DNA of 64,000 nucleotides from Haliotis rubra (Eukaryota): NCBI RefSeq assembly GCF_003918875.1, contig NW_025765346.1, positions 62,001 to 126,000 of the forward strand, read 5' to 3'. Shown piece by piece: positions 38,208 to 50,937 of this stretch (position 1 is its first letter; each line of letters starts with the position of its first letter). The notes under the pieces were generated by a model. It saw only the letters and a program-made list of their open reading frames with translations, ran no database searches and was not told where the DNA came from. The position numbers and the translations under genes were made by a program.

Positions 38208-40366
38208 TATAATGTTTATATATCTAGGTTATATTGAACCTTTCTGTGCTGATCAGTGTGAACTCTTCTACCATATGTCTATTTTGCCTGATCTGTCATA
38301 AATTAGATTGGCTGGCACAAAAGACATCTGTGCGCACAAGCGCGACTGAAATCTCACTTTCCGAACAAATAAATGGGGTCTTAAGCTATGAATATATATC
38401 ATGGTAAAATATATCCGAAATCGGCTTCACACAATATTCCTGTGCAGATATTCGAACCGTCACCTTTGTCATGACGAGCAAATGCTCTATCCACTTGGCC
38501 ACCACCCAGTTCATGTCAGCATGGTCCAGCGCCGCAGCCCAGCATATACGAGCATCGCTGATGTGCGTTCTGACCAATGATCATGCATGGGGTGTCAGGG
38601 ATATGAACGCTGTCTAATCGGATTCCTATAAGGCCTTGAACATACGGATATTTTGTTCTGTTGTGAACCTAACTTGTATTTGAATATATACGTCATTTAC
38701 ACAGAGAATCATATTCACAAGGACATATATCATGTGGTCGAAGGTATACCTCATGTGCATAGTTACAAGGTCAGGGTTAAAATTGGTCTACAGCAACGCA
38801 TGCTTGTCGTAATAGGTGACTCATTGTCAGACTCGCTGACTTGGTTGGAGCATGCCATCGTATCCGAGTGGATGGTCCTAATGTCAATTATTGGACTATC
38901 TGGTCCAGACCCCATTATTTACAGAGCGTCGCCATATTGAAAATTGCTGAGTTTTGCTTTAAACAACACACACAACATGTACACAGTGAACAATGCTTTT
39001 ATATTGTGACGTAACATCTTGTATTTGGACAACTGCATGTATACGTAACTACGCATGTATATGCCTACGTCAATGCTGTATTGATTATATAATTATATAA
39101 TAATACATATGTAATGATATATTTCCATGAGTAGTTATGGTTTTAGTAAATAGCATCTGACAAGAAATGCTAGCGCATTTACCTTATAAAGGATTACCAA
39201 TATCATAGCAACTATGATTTTAAGCAACATGCAAGGTTAATTATATGCACTTATCATACTGAATGTATTGGTTTATATTGTGGAAATAAAACAATTTTCC
39301 TTTATGTGTATGTGAATACTTTTATTTGATAGGTTCTACTAAACATCAGACCAATGAAGATCCAGGTTAGAATTGGTCATCAGCAACCCATGCTTGTCGT
39401 AAGAGGCAACTGACGGGATCGGGGGATGAGGCTCGCTGGTTGACACATGTCATCGTATCTTCATGCTCATGCTGTCATCATTGGATTGTCTCGATTATTT
39501 ACAGACCGCCGCCATATAAGTAGCTGGAATATTGCCAAGTGCTGCGTTAAGCACCAACCTAACCAACCAGTCCAATATATATCCACACCAGGGTCATCTA
39601 TATTGCGTAAACAAGTCACATATTTTGGCTGAAGATGAGCAGCCGAAGACTGCTTTTTAATCTCACAGATGGAATGAACACAGGAAATCATCAGCCTCAT
39701 TTGATTATTTTAAATATTAGATTCAATAACACGAGGGATCTAGTAAAAAAAACTCTTTATAGTTCATGAACTGTTGATTCCCGAGGAAATGGTGTACTTC
39801 GATTAGGAGAAGCTATAAATATGTACACGATACACTGAGTCATGATTCCCCAGGAAAAGCCGGGGTAATTTTCCTTTGGACGTGGTAGAACTAAAATACA
39901 GTGAATGACTTACACAGGACTTATTTCAGCAATGCTGTGACTAAAACAAATAATACATTCATAATACATTGAGTTAAATTATAAAAAAACCATGCCAAAA
40001 CAGGACATTAAAAAACACTAGAATGTCACTGATATAGATGTAAAACAAGTATGTAAATCTACAACTTTTAATATTGAAGACTATAACAATAGGCTATACA
40101 CCGCCAACAACTGAAGGTAGATCACCATATTAGGGACCATGGGGACTTACAATACATTTGCTTCCTGCATGGATGCAGCTGGATTTCAACCATCCTGTTA
40201 GATGTTAGCAAATGTAAACAAATCTAGCCAAAGATATCTATCTACCAAACATTTGACTCAAAAATTTTAAAACATCGCCATGGTAAATAATAGCCCTTAC
40301 CTTTTCATACACTGAAATATTTATCCCTTGTGATTGAAAATATGCACAATATAAGTATACCAGATA

Positions 40367-40528
40367 AGTGAGTGAGGTTTTTTTACGCCGCTTTAGCAAT
40401 ATTCCAGCAATATTATTACGGGCTATACTAGAAATGGGCTTCACACATTGTACCCATGTGGGGAATCGAACCCGGGTCCTCGACGTGACGAGCGAACGTT
40501 ATAATCACAGGGCTACCCCACCGCCCCC
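40367..40528 (-). mobile_element. tRNA-derived SINE family A
   Basis: Reverse complement of the 29841-30009 consensus. Confidence 0.85.
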
Positions 40529-40803
40529 TATACCAGAGGAGAATGGAATATGGGCCAGTCAATGGATGAAAAGACGGGACGTAAGCGAATGGCCACAAAG
40601 AGGTCGTACATTATGGCCCCATACAATCCTCAAAAGTCGGGGTACTTGTGGCTTGTCTCCGTCTGAAACACCGGTCATAGCGGCGTAATCTAACACTCAC
40701 TCACAGGGCGGTCCATACTAGCGAATACGTCTTTCCTGACAGAGGAAATATATGTTTGTGTGTGTGTTTTTGTGTGTGTTTGTGTTTGTGTGTGTTGTTG
40801 TTT

Positions 40804-40851
<48 letters not shown>

Positions 40852-41294
40852 TGTCTGCATACACATAATTATCACGTTGTTTGTTTTGTATCATTGCACA
40901 CATGTCTCAAGTGGAATGAATACCGGCTGTGCACGTCCCCTGATCATATTTCATATTCCAATGATATTCATATAACTAATTATAGTGACATTTTCAGCAT
41001 GTGGATCACGCACCTATATGTGCTCAACATGTATGCGCACATAGTATATTACTGATAACAAAACATGTATGAATTTGGTAGTATCGTTTTCCGGCCACAA
41101 AATGTATTGATAAAACTACCTGTAAAAGAAACGATTCCCATGCATTCTCTGTAATTGTCAATGCTGAACAGTACGACAATATCAATGTGACCTCCTCCGC
41201 TAAAGTGAAATCAGCTTAATCAATTCCGAGAACCACGCGGTTCCCAGTAATGCTGAATTCTCGAGGAATAATCTCTGACTGGAAAGGCCAGTTC

Positions 41295-41302
41295 TATAAA
41301 TA
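41295..41302 (+). promoter_or_regulatory. Candidate TATA box of TNF ligand 3
   Basis: CTATAAATAG about 220 bp upstream of the first in-frame ATG. Confidence 0.45.
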
Positions 41303-41515
41303 GATCCATCGCCTCATCTTTGTTTACAAACGATTCGCCCCGACACTGCATTGCAAAGCCTGAGTGACTTGCCGAGGTCCAGACACACAAGTGAACTCCT
41401 ATGTTGCCTGATAAACCTGACGCCTAAAAAGCGCAAAACATTTAGGTCAACCTGACCTTCACCTATATTTCCACGAAACGCTTTACCAGGAAGAAGATTA
41501 AATCGCAGTATCAGA

Positions 41516-44211
41516 ATGACGGTCCTCACTGCGAACAAGGTGTCCTGCAAAGAAAAGATGTCTGATGGTGCATCTGGCGTGTTTCTGAGCTCGAACACAA
41601 AAGTCTGTGAAGTGGAACACCTCCCACAGCAGAGGGGGGCTGGACACACTCGCAAGGCAAAACTGTTGAAAGGCGTCCTCGTTGTGTCGCTAGCAATCAA
41701 TATTATACTAGCTGCATTGTATGCATGGCGAACTGTTCACCGCGACACGGAGGTCGGCCCCAGCGCTGAGGCTCTCGCGTCGGTGTTGAGCGACGAGGGC
41801 ACGGTCTGCACGGACTGCAGGTCCCTGGGCGTTAATCCTGAAACTTACAAGTCCGATTTGCACGGGTTTTACCTACGTCACGTGACAGGACTATCTGCTT
41901 TGTGTTGTCTACGAAATGCTGAAGGATTATGGAGAATCGCGTCGATGGTGAGTGATCAATTTAACACTCTAAAACACCCTACGAAATATTTGGAATATTT
42001 TCAGTTGATATATTGCAAGAAAGAAAATGTTCCGTTTTTTTCTCTCTTTGTTAATAGCGGTCGTTTTTATCAAAGTGAATATACCTTTTCAAAAGTGTGT
42101 AGAAGCAATGTCAACTCGCGCATCAGATAAATTTTAAAATCAATATATCGTGTTCTTGAACTATAGTCCGTCGACCTAACTTTTGGATCACCGTTTTTTT
42201 TTTTTTGCAAGTTACGTTTAAACAAAAGAAGGTATCCAACTTTAATTGGCGCAATTAATAATGGTATCTGACGACCTAATTTGGTGTTGCATTTAACTAT
42301 TAAATATTTTACTTTACTTTATAAACTTCCTGACAACAGCAACATTTTCACAAGGGAATAGTGAGTGAGTGAGTTTAGTTTTACGCCGCTTTTAGCAATA
42401 TTCCAGCAATTTCGAGGCGGGGAACACCAGAAATGGGCTTCACACATTGTACCCTTGTGGGAAATTGAACGTGAGTCTTCGGCGTGACCAGCCCCAGTAC
42501 TGGAATAGCTGGCAACAATATCGCAATGTGTGTAGCACGTGCAGGATTGTGTAAGGTCATGTTGAGAAGGGACCGTATCACCAAATTAATTTCATTTTAG
42601 ACATATGTCTTTCCTTATTCATTTGTATTGAAAAGTAAAGGCACGCATTTCATATGATTATAAAACATCATAAGATTACAAGGTGAGAAAGTGAAGACTT
42701 ACCATGTTGAGAGAACATATCAATATTCAGATTCAGATTCCGATGGTAACTTGCAAAAAACCCAACATGTTGCAAAAGTTAGATTGACCGACTATAGTTA
42801 AAACATGCAGAAACAGTGACCGGACAATTATTAAGAATCCTTATCTGTTTCAAGTTCACGAACAGGTTCTACAAACACACTCAAACAGGCACAGTCCCAA
42901 GTGAAGCATCAAAGACTACCCAAAGCACTGGAGCTCACCTATACGTCGACAGCGAGGCACTGAAATCTGGAAGTACGTATAGCTTGCATCATATCTACCG
43001 TGTGGTCAGCTTGATATTTCGTACATGCACTCATTGCCATTAAATTTGATTCAAATCAGATCAGAATTACAAACGGCCCATTTATAGAATGTGCGAGATA
43101 ATATTGTCAAGTAAATCATTTCCTTTGGGGACAGAGAGTGGAAATCCTATTTAGATTCGGAACCGCTAGCTTCAGTTACCAATCCGACCAATCCGATTAC
43201 TGGATTCTTAAATGTCATGTCAAAAGTTGACTTTGATTCCACCAAGGCTGCAAAATGTTGTCCATGCCTAACTTCCAGAAACATAAATCTTAATGTGAAG
43301 AAGTAAATATTCCCAGAACAAGAATCTTCCTAATTCTATTACATGTGTCCTGTAATGCTATGTGAGTGTAGTGTTCATGTTCAAAACAATTAAAATAGCA
43401 ATACATTTTATACTTCCGGGTTGGAACTGGTGTTCAGGAAACTCACGCTTGTCGTAAGATGCGAGTAACGGGATCCGGTGCTCAGACTGGCTGACATGGT
43501 TGACACAAGTCATCACATCCCAGCTGCGCAGTCGATACTCATGCTGTTGACCACTGGATCGTCTGGTCCAGCCTCGATTATATACAGACCGTCACCATTT
43601 ATCTGAGTGCGACGTTAGTTACGAAGAAATGAATGCTTAGGATTTAACCCTGACTATGTCTCTTAGAGATTAAAACCCGAGTTTTAAAATATAGCCCATT
43701 GGATAGAACATGGAATTTTTTTTATTTCTAGATGAGACGGCCACCTGAGTGTGGCTTTAAACAACAAACCAACCAACCAACATTTCATACTAAAATTCCT
43801 TCCCTCTATTTTTCAGCGCCTTCCTTGCAATGGACTCAGGAGTACGGTTATGGCTCGGCCTACAAAAGCATCGACATCAGTACAGATGGCCAAAGTCTTA
43901 GCGTAACTAAACCTGGCCTTTATCACATATACTCTTTCTTAACGTTAAAAACGCACCAACTACGTCGACGTCCCGAAAACTTCTTACACACCATGAGAAG
44001 AGTCAACGCCCATCTGCCGAATGTGAGCCCTCTCCTGCTCATGGCCAAGAAGACATTACCGGAAGTCAGCGAGAGGTTCGTCACGAGTTATCTGTCCGCT
44101 ACAGTCCGACTGAGGCAGGATGACCACGTGTCTGTAACTGCCAGCAACATGTCACATGTCTACCGGTATCCGCCATCGAATTTCTTTGGTTTGTACTACG
44201 TTGGGGAGTGA
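41516..44211 (+). CDS. TNF superfamily ligand 3 (314 aa, or 300 aa from ATG 41558); exons 41516-41947, 42855-42972, 43817-44211
   Basis: TM helix GVLVVSLAINIILAALYAW; CTDC...LCCL stalk; STGAHL, LQW, GLYHIYSFLTL, TSYLSATVRL..DD.VSV and NFFGLYYV; GT-AG introns in phases 0 and 1. Confidence 0.9.
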
Positions 44212-44364
44212 TCAGTGCAGTAAACTCTTTGTGTAACCTGCAGGTTTTCTGCTGTTTTATTGCAACATATTCCAGCTGCATTACGGTGATCGATAACTAA
44301 CCAGGCATGTACCGTACAATCTAGTGGGTGACATCATGAGCATCGATCTACGAAATATGGTGGT

Positions 44365-44665
44365 GGTGGAACTGGGTTTAACGTTGTGCTTGAGAATATT
44401 TCGACGACGTGCATGCGTGTGTATGTGTATGTGCGGCTGCTTGTACTTGCCCAGACTGAAGCTGGTTTTATAGTACTAGCCCACTGAGATACCATGCCGC
44501 AGTGAAGCATGGATACCCAACTCAAACACGTTATACCGACTCCGAGCCGACCAGCCCTTGTTGTACCCATTAATGCCGAGCGCAAGACAGGAACCAACAA
44601 GTACCATATTTTAACGTCTTTTGGTATGACGTGGTCGGGGATCGAACCCGTGACCTTCCGCACTC
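44365..44665 (-). mobile_element. tRNA-derived SINE family C (Meta-domain-like), nested inside a family B copy
   Basis: GGTTCGATCCC then GTCATACCAAAAGACGTTAAAATATGGTACTTG..GCTCGGCATTAA; a partial second copy at about 24585-24720; family B halves flank both sides. Confidence 0.65.
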
Positions 44666-45387
44666 TACGAAATGTGGATAATGATATGCATCAACCACGT
44701 CATGGAGCCTAACCACCCGATCCAGGTAGTCGCCTCCTATCCTAGGTTGCTGAAGACCTGTTGTAACCCGGGTATTGCTGAAATATTGCTGAAGGCCAAA
44801 CGAAGCTTTGCCTCTGTTGGCCTTTTTTTAACTTGAAGTTCGTCAACATGTGTGATGTGATGTCTTTTAAGATGCAACTGCAACCGGTACTTTAGAAGAC
44901 TGTGTCAAATATTTGGAGGTTTGATCAGTAGTGGACTGATCGGTGTGAGACATTTTCTAAGAATTTGAGGAAATGAAACATCTTGATAGAAACATTGAAC
45001 TTAAGTATGTTAGCTTGCAGAAAGGAAGTAATAATCAAACCGAACTTGCTAACAGAGGATGGGGTAATGTTTTGTTGTCACAGGTAACATTTAATTCAGG
45101 GGTTCAAGGTCTGAAAAACCGGGATTCGAACCCACGGTCAAGGGGTTTGGCGTTTGCAAGGGAGGCAACTCTTTACAGTTAATTGTGGCGCCGCTGATGC
45201 GTGCGCCACTTGTGCTTCCAACGCCGCTGTGACGAATATTGCAATTGTCAAGGTGCATCTAATTGATGTGGGATCACGGTCCTGAAAAGGTTGTGCATAT
45301 TTGGCCATGAGCCTTTAATAACCTTGACATGGAGAAATCATGGTGAATAAAGCACGTCGACCCGTGATACTCAGATTCTGGTTTCTC

Positions 45388-45546
45388 NNNNNNNNNNNNN
45401 NNNNNNNNNNNNNNNNNNNNNNNNNNNNNNNNNNNNNNNNNNNNNNNNNNNNNNNNNNNNNNNNNNNNNNNNNNNNNNNNNNNNNNNNNNNNNNNNNNNN
45501 NNNNNNNNNNNNNNNNNNNNNNNNNNNNNNNNNNNNNNNNNNNNNN
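45388..45546. other. Assembly gap (N run)
   Basis: 159 N. Confidence 1.
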
Positions 45547-47721
45547 CATTTTATGGACAAACAGGCCATTTAAACAAATGTTCAGATTTACCAGATCAGA
45601 TGCATGTAGTGATGTGAAGTTTGCTGTAGCTAGGTAACTCTCCAAAGCATGAATACACAACGCCATTTAGAATTTGGTCAAATGCAACATGTCATACTTT
45701 CTCCGTAAAGTACAGAAACCAGTATTTTTAATTTGTTAGGTTGAGTCCCGTCCGGGATTCGAACCCGTACTCTCAGGAAGAAGCACATTTTTGGGAACCA
45801 AACATTCTATTTTGAAATAGTCATTTTGTTTTGTTTCGCATTCTTGCGTTTTAATTAAATTGTACAGATGTTATGTAGACACTATAAAATCGGGTGATTA
45901 TGTACTGCATATGACTGAAGCTAAAAAGGTTTTATCAATAAAAGCATATCACTTCAAATTGACTTCCTGGACTTATTCTTAGCGAAACAAGGAAACAACT
46001 GCAAGTGGCGATAGGTGATTATTCAGACAAACATACACACTGGCGGATGCTTGCGTATTGCGGAATGGAGAGATGCTGCATACAGAAAAGTAAAACTCGA
46101 AAAACTGTTATAAGGTTATAAAAAGCATCACAAGCCCCTTGACTTAAAACAATGGTTGGGTAGTGGTTACTGCGTTCGCTTACAGACCTGGGTTCGACTT
46201 CCCACATGGGTACAATGTTTGAAGTCCATATTGCAAGACAATTTGCTAAAGACGGCGCAAAACCATACGCACTGACTCACCCATGCAAAGGTTATCGTCA
46301 TAATGATATTCAACAATCGCCATGACGTCACGGGCGACGGAAAGGTGCGTGTTAACGTATAAAACACTAGGAATCTATCGTGAGAGTAAGGTGATAGAGA
46401 CGCTGAATTGGTCATGTGGGTTCTGGAAATTGTCAGGCACGATATTGGCATGAGGTCAAAGTCTGATGGCATAATTAAGCCAATCACATTGAGGTATTAA
46501 GCCATTTGATCAAAGTCAGGCTCGAATGAAACCTGAAGCGGGTTGCGTTACTTTCTGCATGAATGGACCCGTGAAGATCCAGGTTAGAATTGCGCTTCAT
46601 CAACCCGTGCTTGTCGTAAGAGGCATCCAAATTGCGTAGGTCGATACTCATCCTGTTGATCACTAGATTGTTTGGTCCAGACTCGAATATTTACAGATCG
46701 CCGCCATATGAACTGACGTACAAAAGAAAGTACACACCTGGTGGTTTTGGATTACTTTCCATAAAGCGACGTAAATGTTTTCAGTTTTTACAGTGATATA
46801 TAAGTCACAGACATTCCTAATATGTTGCCAAAGCACCACAGATATCGTACCGAAGTTGACAGTTAAAAACCCAACACTTTCAAATAATCCCAAAACACCA
46901 GGTGTGTACTTTCTTTTGTACCTCAGTTTAGCTGGAATATTGTTGAGAGCAGCGTCAAGCAACCATCAAACGAGCAATCGAAGCATTTGCATGAATGTGC
47001 GCCATTACAGGAATGTGATGTTGATATGAGTCACGGTCGTCCGAACTCTCACTCTTGACATGGCAACCACGACGGACCAGGCGATTGCTTACACTCCGTT
47101 TGAGACAAAATGATACCGATTAATTGCAATCTAACACAAAACAAACAGACCAATTGCACAATTTGTGTCACAAAAATAAAAAGGTCTATAATTCACAAAG
47201 TCTGTGATTTTTTTCAAAGATGAAAATGACAAGGGGTGAATCAAGTATGGAATTACTAAGTATATACAGCGCATTGCCTGTGCAGCTGGGGTACGTGTCA
47301 TCTCGCCAGCTCAAACGTTTGTTGAGAACCCGTTTACACACGTGCATCTCGCTTTTCGCGCTGTTCTGTTAGTTGCCAATGTAGTCATGGCTTTCATCTT
47401 CCCTGACCCCGTGTGACGGTAATACGAGTAGGTAACTGTAATATGGACACATGACACCCCACATGCAGTTATGACAATACCAGTTTTGTGAAACGAGCGA
47501 ATATTTGTGGATTATGACAGGTGAAAGCGAGTGAATGAAAATATACTGGCTTCCCAATTGGACACATACGGGACATCGGAAGTTCTTTTCGAGAAGAAAC
47601 AAATTTTCGATCATGGGGACACAGATACAACAATAAACGTGTCCACAAACATGTCACGTGTGTGTGTTTGTTTGTGTGTTTGTGCGTGCGTGTGTGTGTG
47701 TGAGTGAGAGAACAGACTAAA

Positions 47722-48316
47722 GTGAGTGAGTGAGTGAGTTAAGATTCAAAGTCACATCGGCAATATTTCAGCCATATCGTGACCAGTTCCAAATTCATAA
47801 TACATACAAATAATATATAAAACCCTGTCAACGAAGGACAGTAAAATTACTAGGTTGTCACAAGTGAGGTAAAACTAGCTAGCATATATCTGTAAAAGTA
47901 GAAACATTATATTTGGACAATACAATATTAAAATGGGCTATTGATCGCCAACAACTGAAAGTAGATTACCATACTAGGGACCATGGGGACTTACATTACT
48001 TTTGCTACATGCATGGACCCCAGCTGGATTTACACCATCCCTTCAGCCGTTGGCGTTTATGCTGAGATTTATCCATACATTAAAAACACAAAATACTACG
48101 ATTAAAAACCTGGTAGACTTAAAATGACTTGAAATGATCTGGGACTTACGTAGCCTCTCAGGAGGACAATAATTTTACACTACTTCAACCCCCTTTGAGA
48201 GCAGAGCCACTTACAATCCCAGCGACTAATTCAAACTACCAATAATAAAATATGTATCTATTTACAAATCATTTAACAAATCTATTTCTTTTAAAAATGC
48301 AACAATTAAATGAGAA
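47722..48316 (-). mobile_element. 3' end of I/Nimb-like LINE (end of ORF2 plus 3' UTR); continues at 61442-61520 on the other side of the L1 insertion
   Basis: Joining both flanks gives the open frame ITRDMYFKSRTMKNLFNIVSSHLIVAFLKEIDLLNDL* (stop at 48262-48264), then a UTR and (CACT)n tail. Confidence 0.75.
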
Positions 48317-48606
48317 GATTGTCTCCCTTGGCTGGCTATGTGCAGACGCGGGAAATCACAACTCTCACAAAAAGCCCAAAGTTATTATTTGGAGTGCCCT
48401 TCCTAAGAACCAAATGGACTGAGAAGTAAGTGCATAAGCTACTGACACTACTGATGTGAGCTTTTGTGATTTTTTTGGTCAGAAACTGTGTTTTTGAAAG
48501 GAAAACTTTAACCACGTGTAAATCCCATCCGACGGGTCAGAGGTGAAAGATACCGTGCAGTGCGTGCTACAGGTGTGTTGTCTTCTTTGCAATTTATTCA
48601 TTAACA

Positions 48607-49395
48607 ATGCCACCTAAGCAAAAACCAGATTTGACAGAAATTAATGCAGATATGCAGGAATTTCGTCATCTTTTATCAGAAATGCCTACGAAAAATGACA
48701 TAAAACAACTAATGAAGTCGGTGGTCGACGAATACTTTGACTCATTAAGAGAGCAGTTGAAAGACGAAATTACGGAAACTGTGATCTCCAAAGTGGGCAT
48801 AGACGAGGTTAAAACTGATATGATGGTCTTAAAGAACGAAAACGAAAAGCTCCGAAAAGACTTAGAAAAAAAACAAACGCAAATGGATGAAATGGAATCG
48901 AAATTTGCTGAAGTAGCTTCTCGTGCAAACGAAGCTTTTAGACAGAGTAATCAAAACGAGCAATTCTCCAGAAAGAACAATATCAAAGTGTTCAATTTAC
49001 CCGAATCTGAAGGTGAAGATGTGTGAAAAAGATTCACGGAATTGATGAAAAGTAAAGCAAACTTTGATGTAAACCAGGATGATATATTGGCTATTCATAG
49101 AATTGACCATGCCAACAAGTCAATTACAAAACCGGTGTTAATAAAATTCACATCTTCAGAGGCAAAAGGCCAAGTTATTCGCTTGAGGAAACAGATTCGG
49201 GAGAAGTCGGAGTCGAAGTTAGCCGATGATGTTACTAAAACTAACGTTGTCCTCATAAACAGACTCAAGAGTCACGCTGGGATTGAAAGTGCTTGGTATT
49301 TCAACGGGCGGGTTTACGCAACGACAACCACGACGGGCAAAAGGTTCAAGTTTAACCCCTGCGACGACATTGACAAGGTTATAAACCGAAAGTGA
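48607..49395 (+). pseudogene. L1 ORF1 (coiled coil plus RRM-like), single in-frame TGA at 49024-49026
   Basis: NEQFSRKNNIKVFNLPESEGE, AIHRI, KPVLIKF, LADDVT and SAWYFNGRVY; the two track ORFs are in the same frame. Confidence 0.85.
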
Positions 49396-50157
49396 TTGAC
49401 TGTATCGTTTCATTTAACATAGTGGACAATACATCGGTGTTACGTAAGGATAACGTAACTGTTAAACGCGCCCCAAGAACATTGCGCGCGAGGTCGAATT
49501 TAACCGATCTTTTTACTTGTGTTGTCGAATATAGCCTGAACTAAACTCCCTTTAGTTTTTTAGTTCTAGGGACTCTTTGTTTACATTGGATACCCATACT
49601 GCCCCACATGGACAGCGTAGGAAGAGACAGCTTATTGGCGGTATACAACCAAATGTGTTCCATGATCATCTGTTCATTCCCTCCTGTGACGAGAATCAGT
49701 AACTGGTGATAGACTCAACAGACTTCAACGACAAAGTGTTAGATACCGTTCATTATCTTATTTGTGACTTTTTTTTACCACTAATATGAAGGTAGTTCAT
49801 GATAAGTTACTGATATATGCTGATTAAGATGTAAAAGTATGTTGTGTAAATTGGGCAAATGTCAAAGGGATTACCAATCATTCTTATTTTATTTTTACTC
49901 CCTCTCTGCCTACTACCCCCTTCCCCACCTCCTCTCTCTCTTTACTCCTCTCTGTCAAACTACCCCTCCCGCTCCCCTCTCTCTCTCTCTCTCTTACTCT
50001 CTCTCGCACACTCACTCAGTTCTACTCACTTATTAAAAATAAGACATGAGTAATTTGTGTATTTTATCTATGAATGCCAGGGGCCTCCAGTCGGACAGCA
50101 TAAAACGTAGAGATATTTTTAATTTCGTACGAAATAGGAAATCATCTATAATATTTA

Positions 50158-50937
50158 CAGTGGACTCTGTCAATACCGGCCTCTGTAAACACCGGCACTC
50201 TGTCTACATCGGCACAAAGTTTCAGTCCCGGCAGACATGCATGTAATTATCAATTAGAAACATCTGTAAACATCGGCATCTGTCTATTCAGGATGTCAGC
50301 ATTGTTTTTCAGTCCCAACGAACAAGTTGTTATGAAAACGAATCTGTAAAAACCGGCACATGAAAGACAGCGTAACCCTTTGATGCAATTAGGTCCAAAT
50401 GATGTAACAGCACAATTCGCTGTGACTCTCGAGATTATTCAGAAACGGGAAGTGCTAATCAGTATCTTTTTAATCAGTGAGTGGTACTTACCACTTACAT
50501 AGAGTCATTAATACATGTAGTGGGCAGTTTGACTGTAAAAACAGGCAAATGTGTACATTTTGTTGATTCGCGGGTATTGACTACCGAGATTATTCAGAAA
50601 CGGGAAGTGTCAATCAGTTTCTTGTTAATTAGTGAGTGGCACGTGTCACTTACGTAGAGACGAATCGTTTGATGGAGGGTATCGTACGAAAGCTCTGAAC
50701 ATCAACAATATCACTGTACTCTTGCCGAGAGTATTTTCACATTTGTAAGAAGCGATTTTATTGGATAAAGATTGGTTTCTAACGACGCTTTTTCACTACA
50801 GTCTGCTTATAAGGGTCGTGATTGGTCAAAATGAGACACGTGACCTAAGCCACCAATGGAAATGGATAACGCCCTCGTAAACGAAAACTTTTACATTAAG
50901 ACGAAAGATTTTGGGTAAAATAATGCTATTCTGAACA
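50158..50937 (+). mobile_element. Pogo/Tigger-like non-autonomous insertion in the L1 endonuclease domain
   Basis: Starts TA|CAGTGGACTCTGTCAATACCGGC; flanked by TA; removal restores IIF-IQESH in frame; right TIR not recognisable. Confidence 0.7.

Noticed and set aside
45274-45666. ORFs spanning N runs (also 54479-54878)
   Set aside because: Artefacts of assembly gaps
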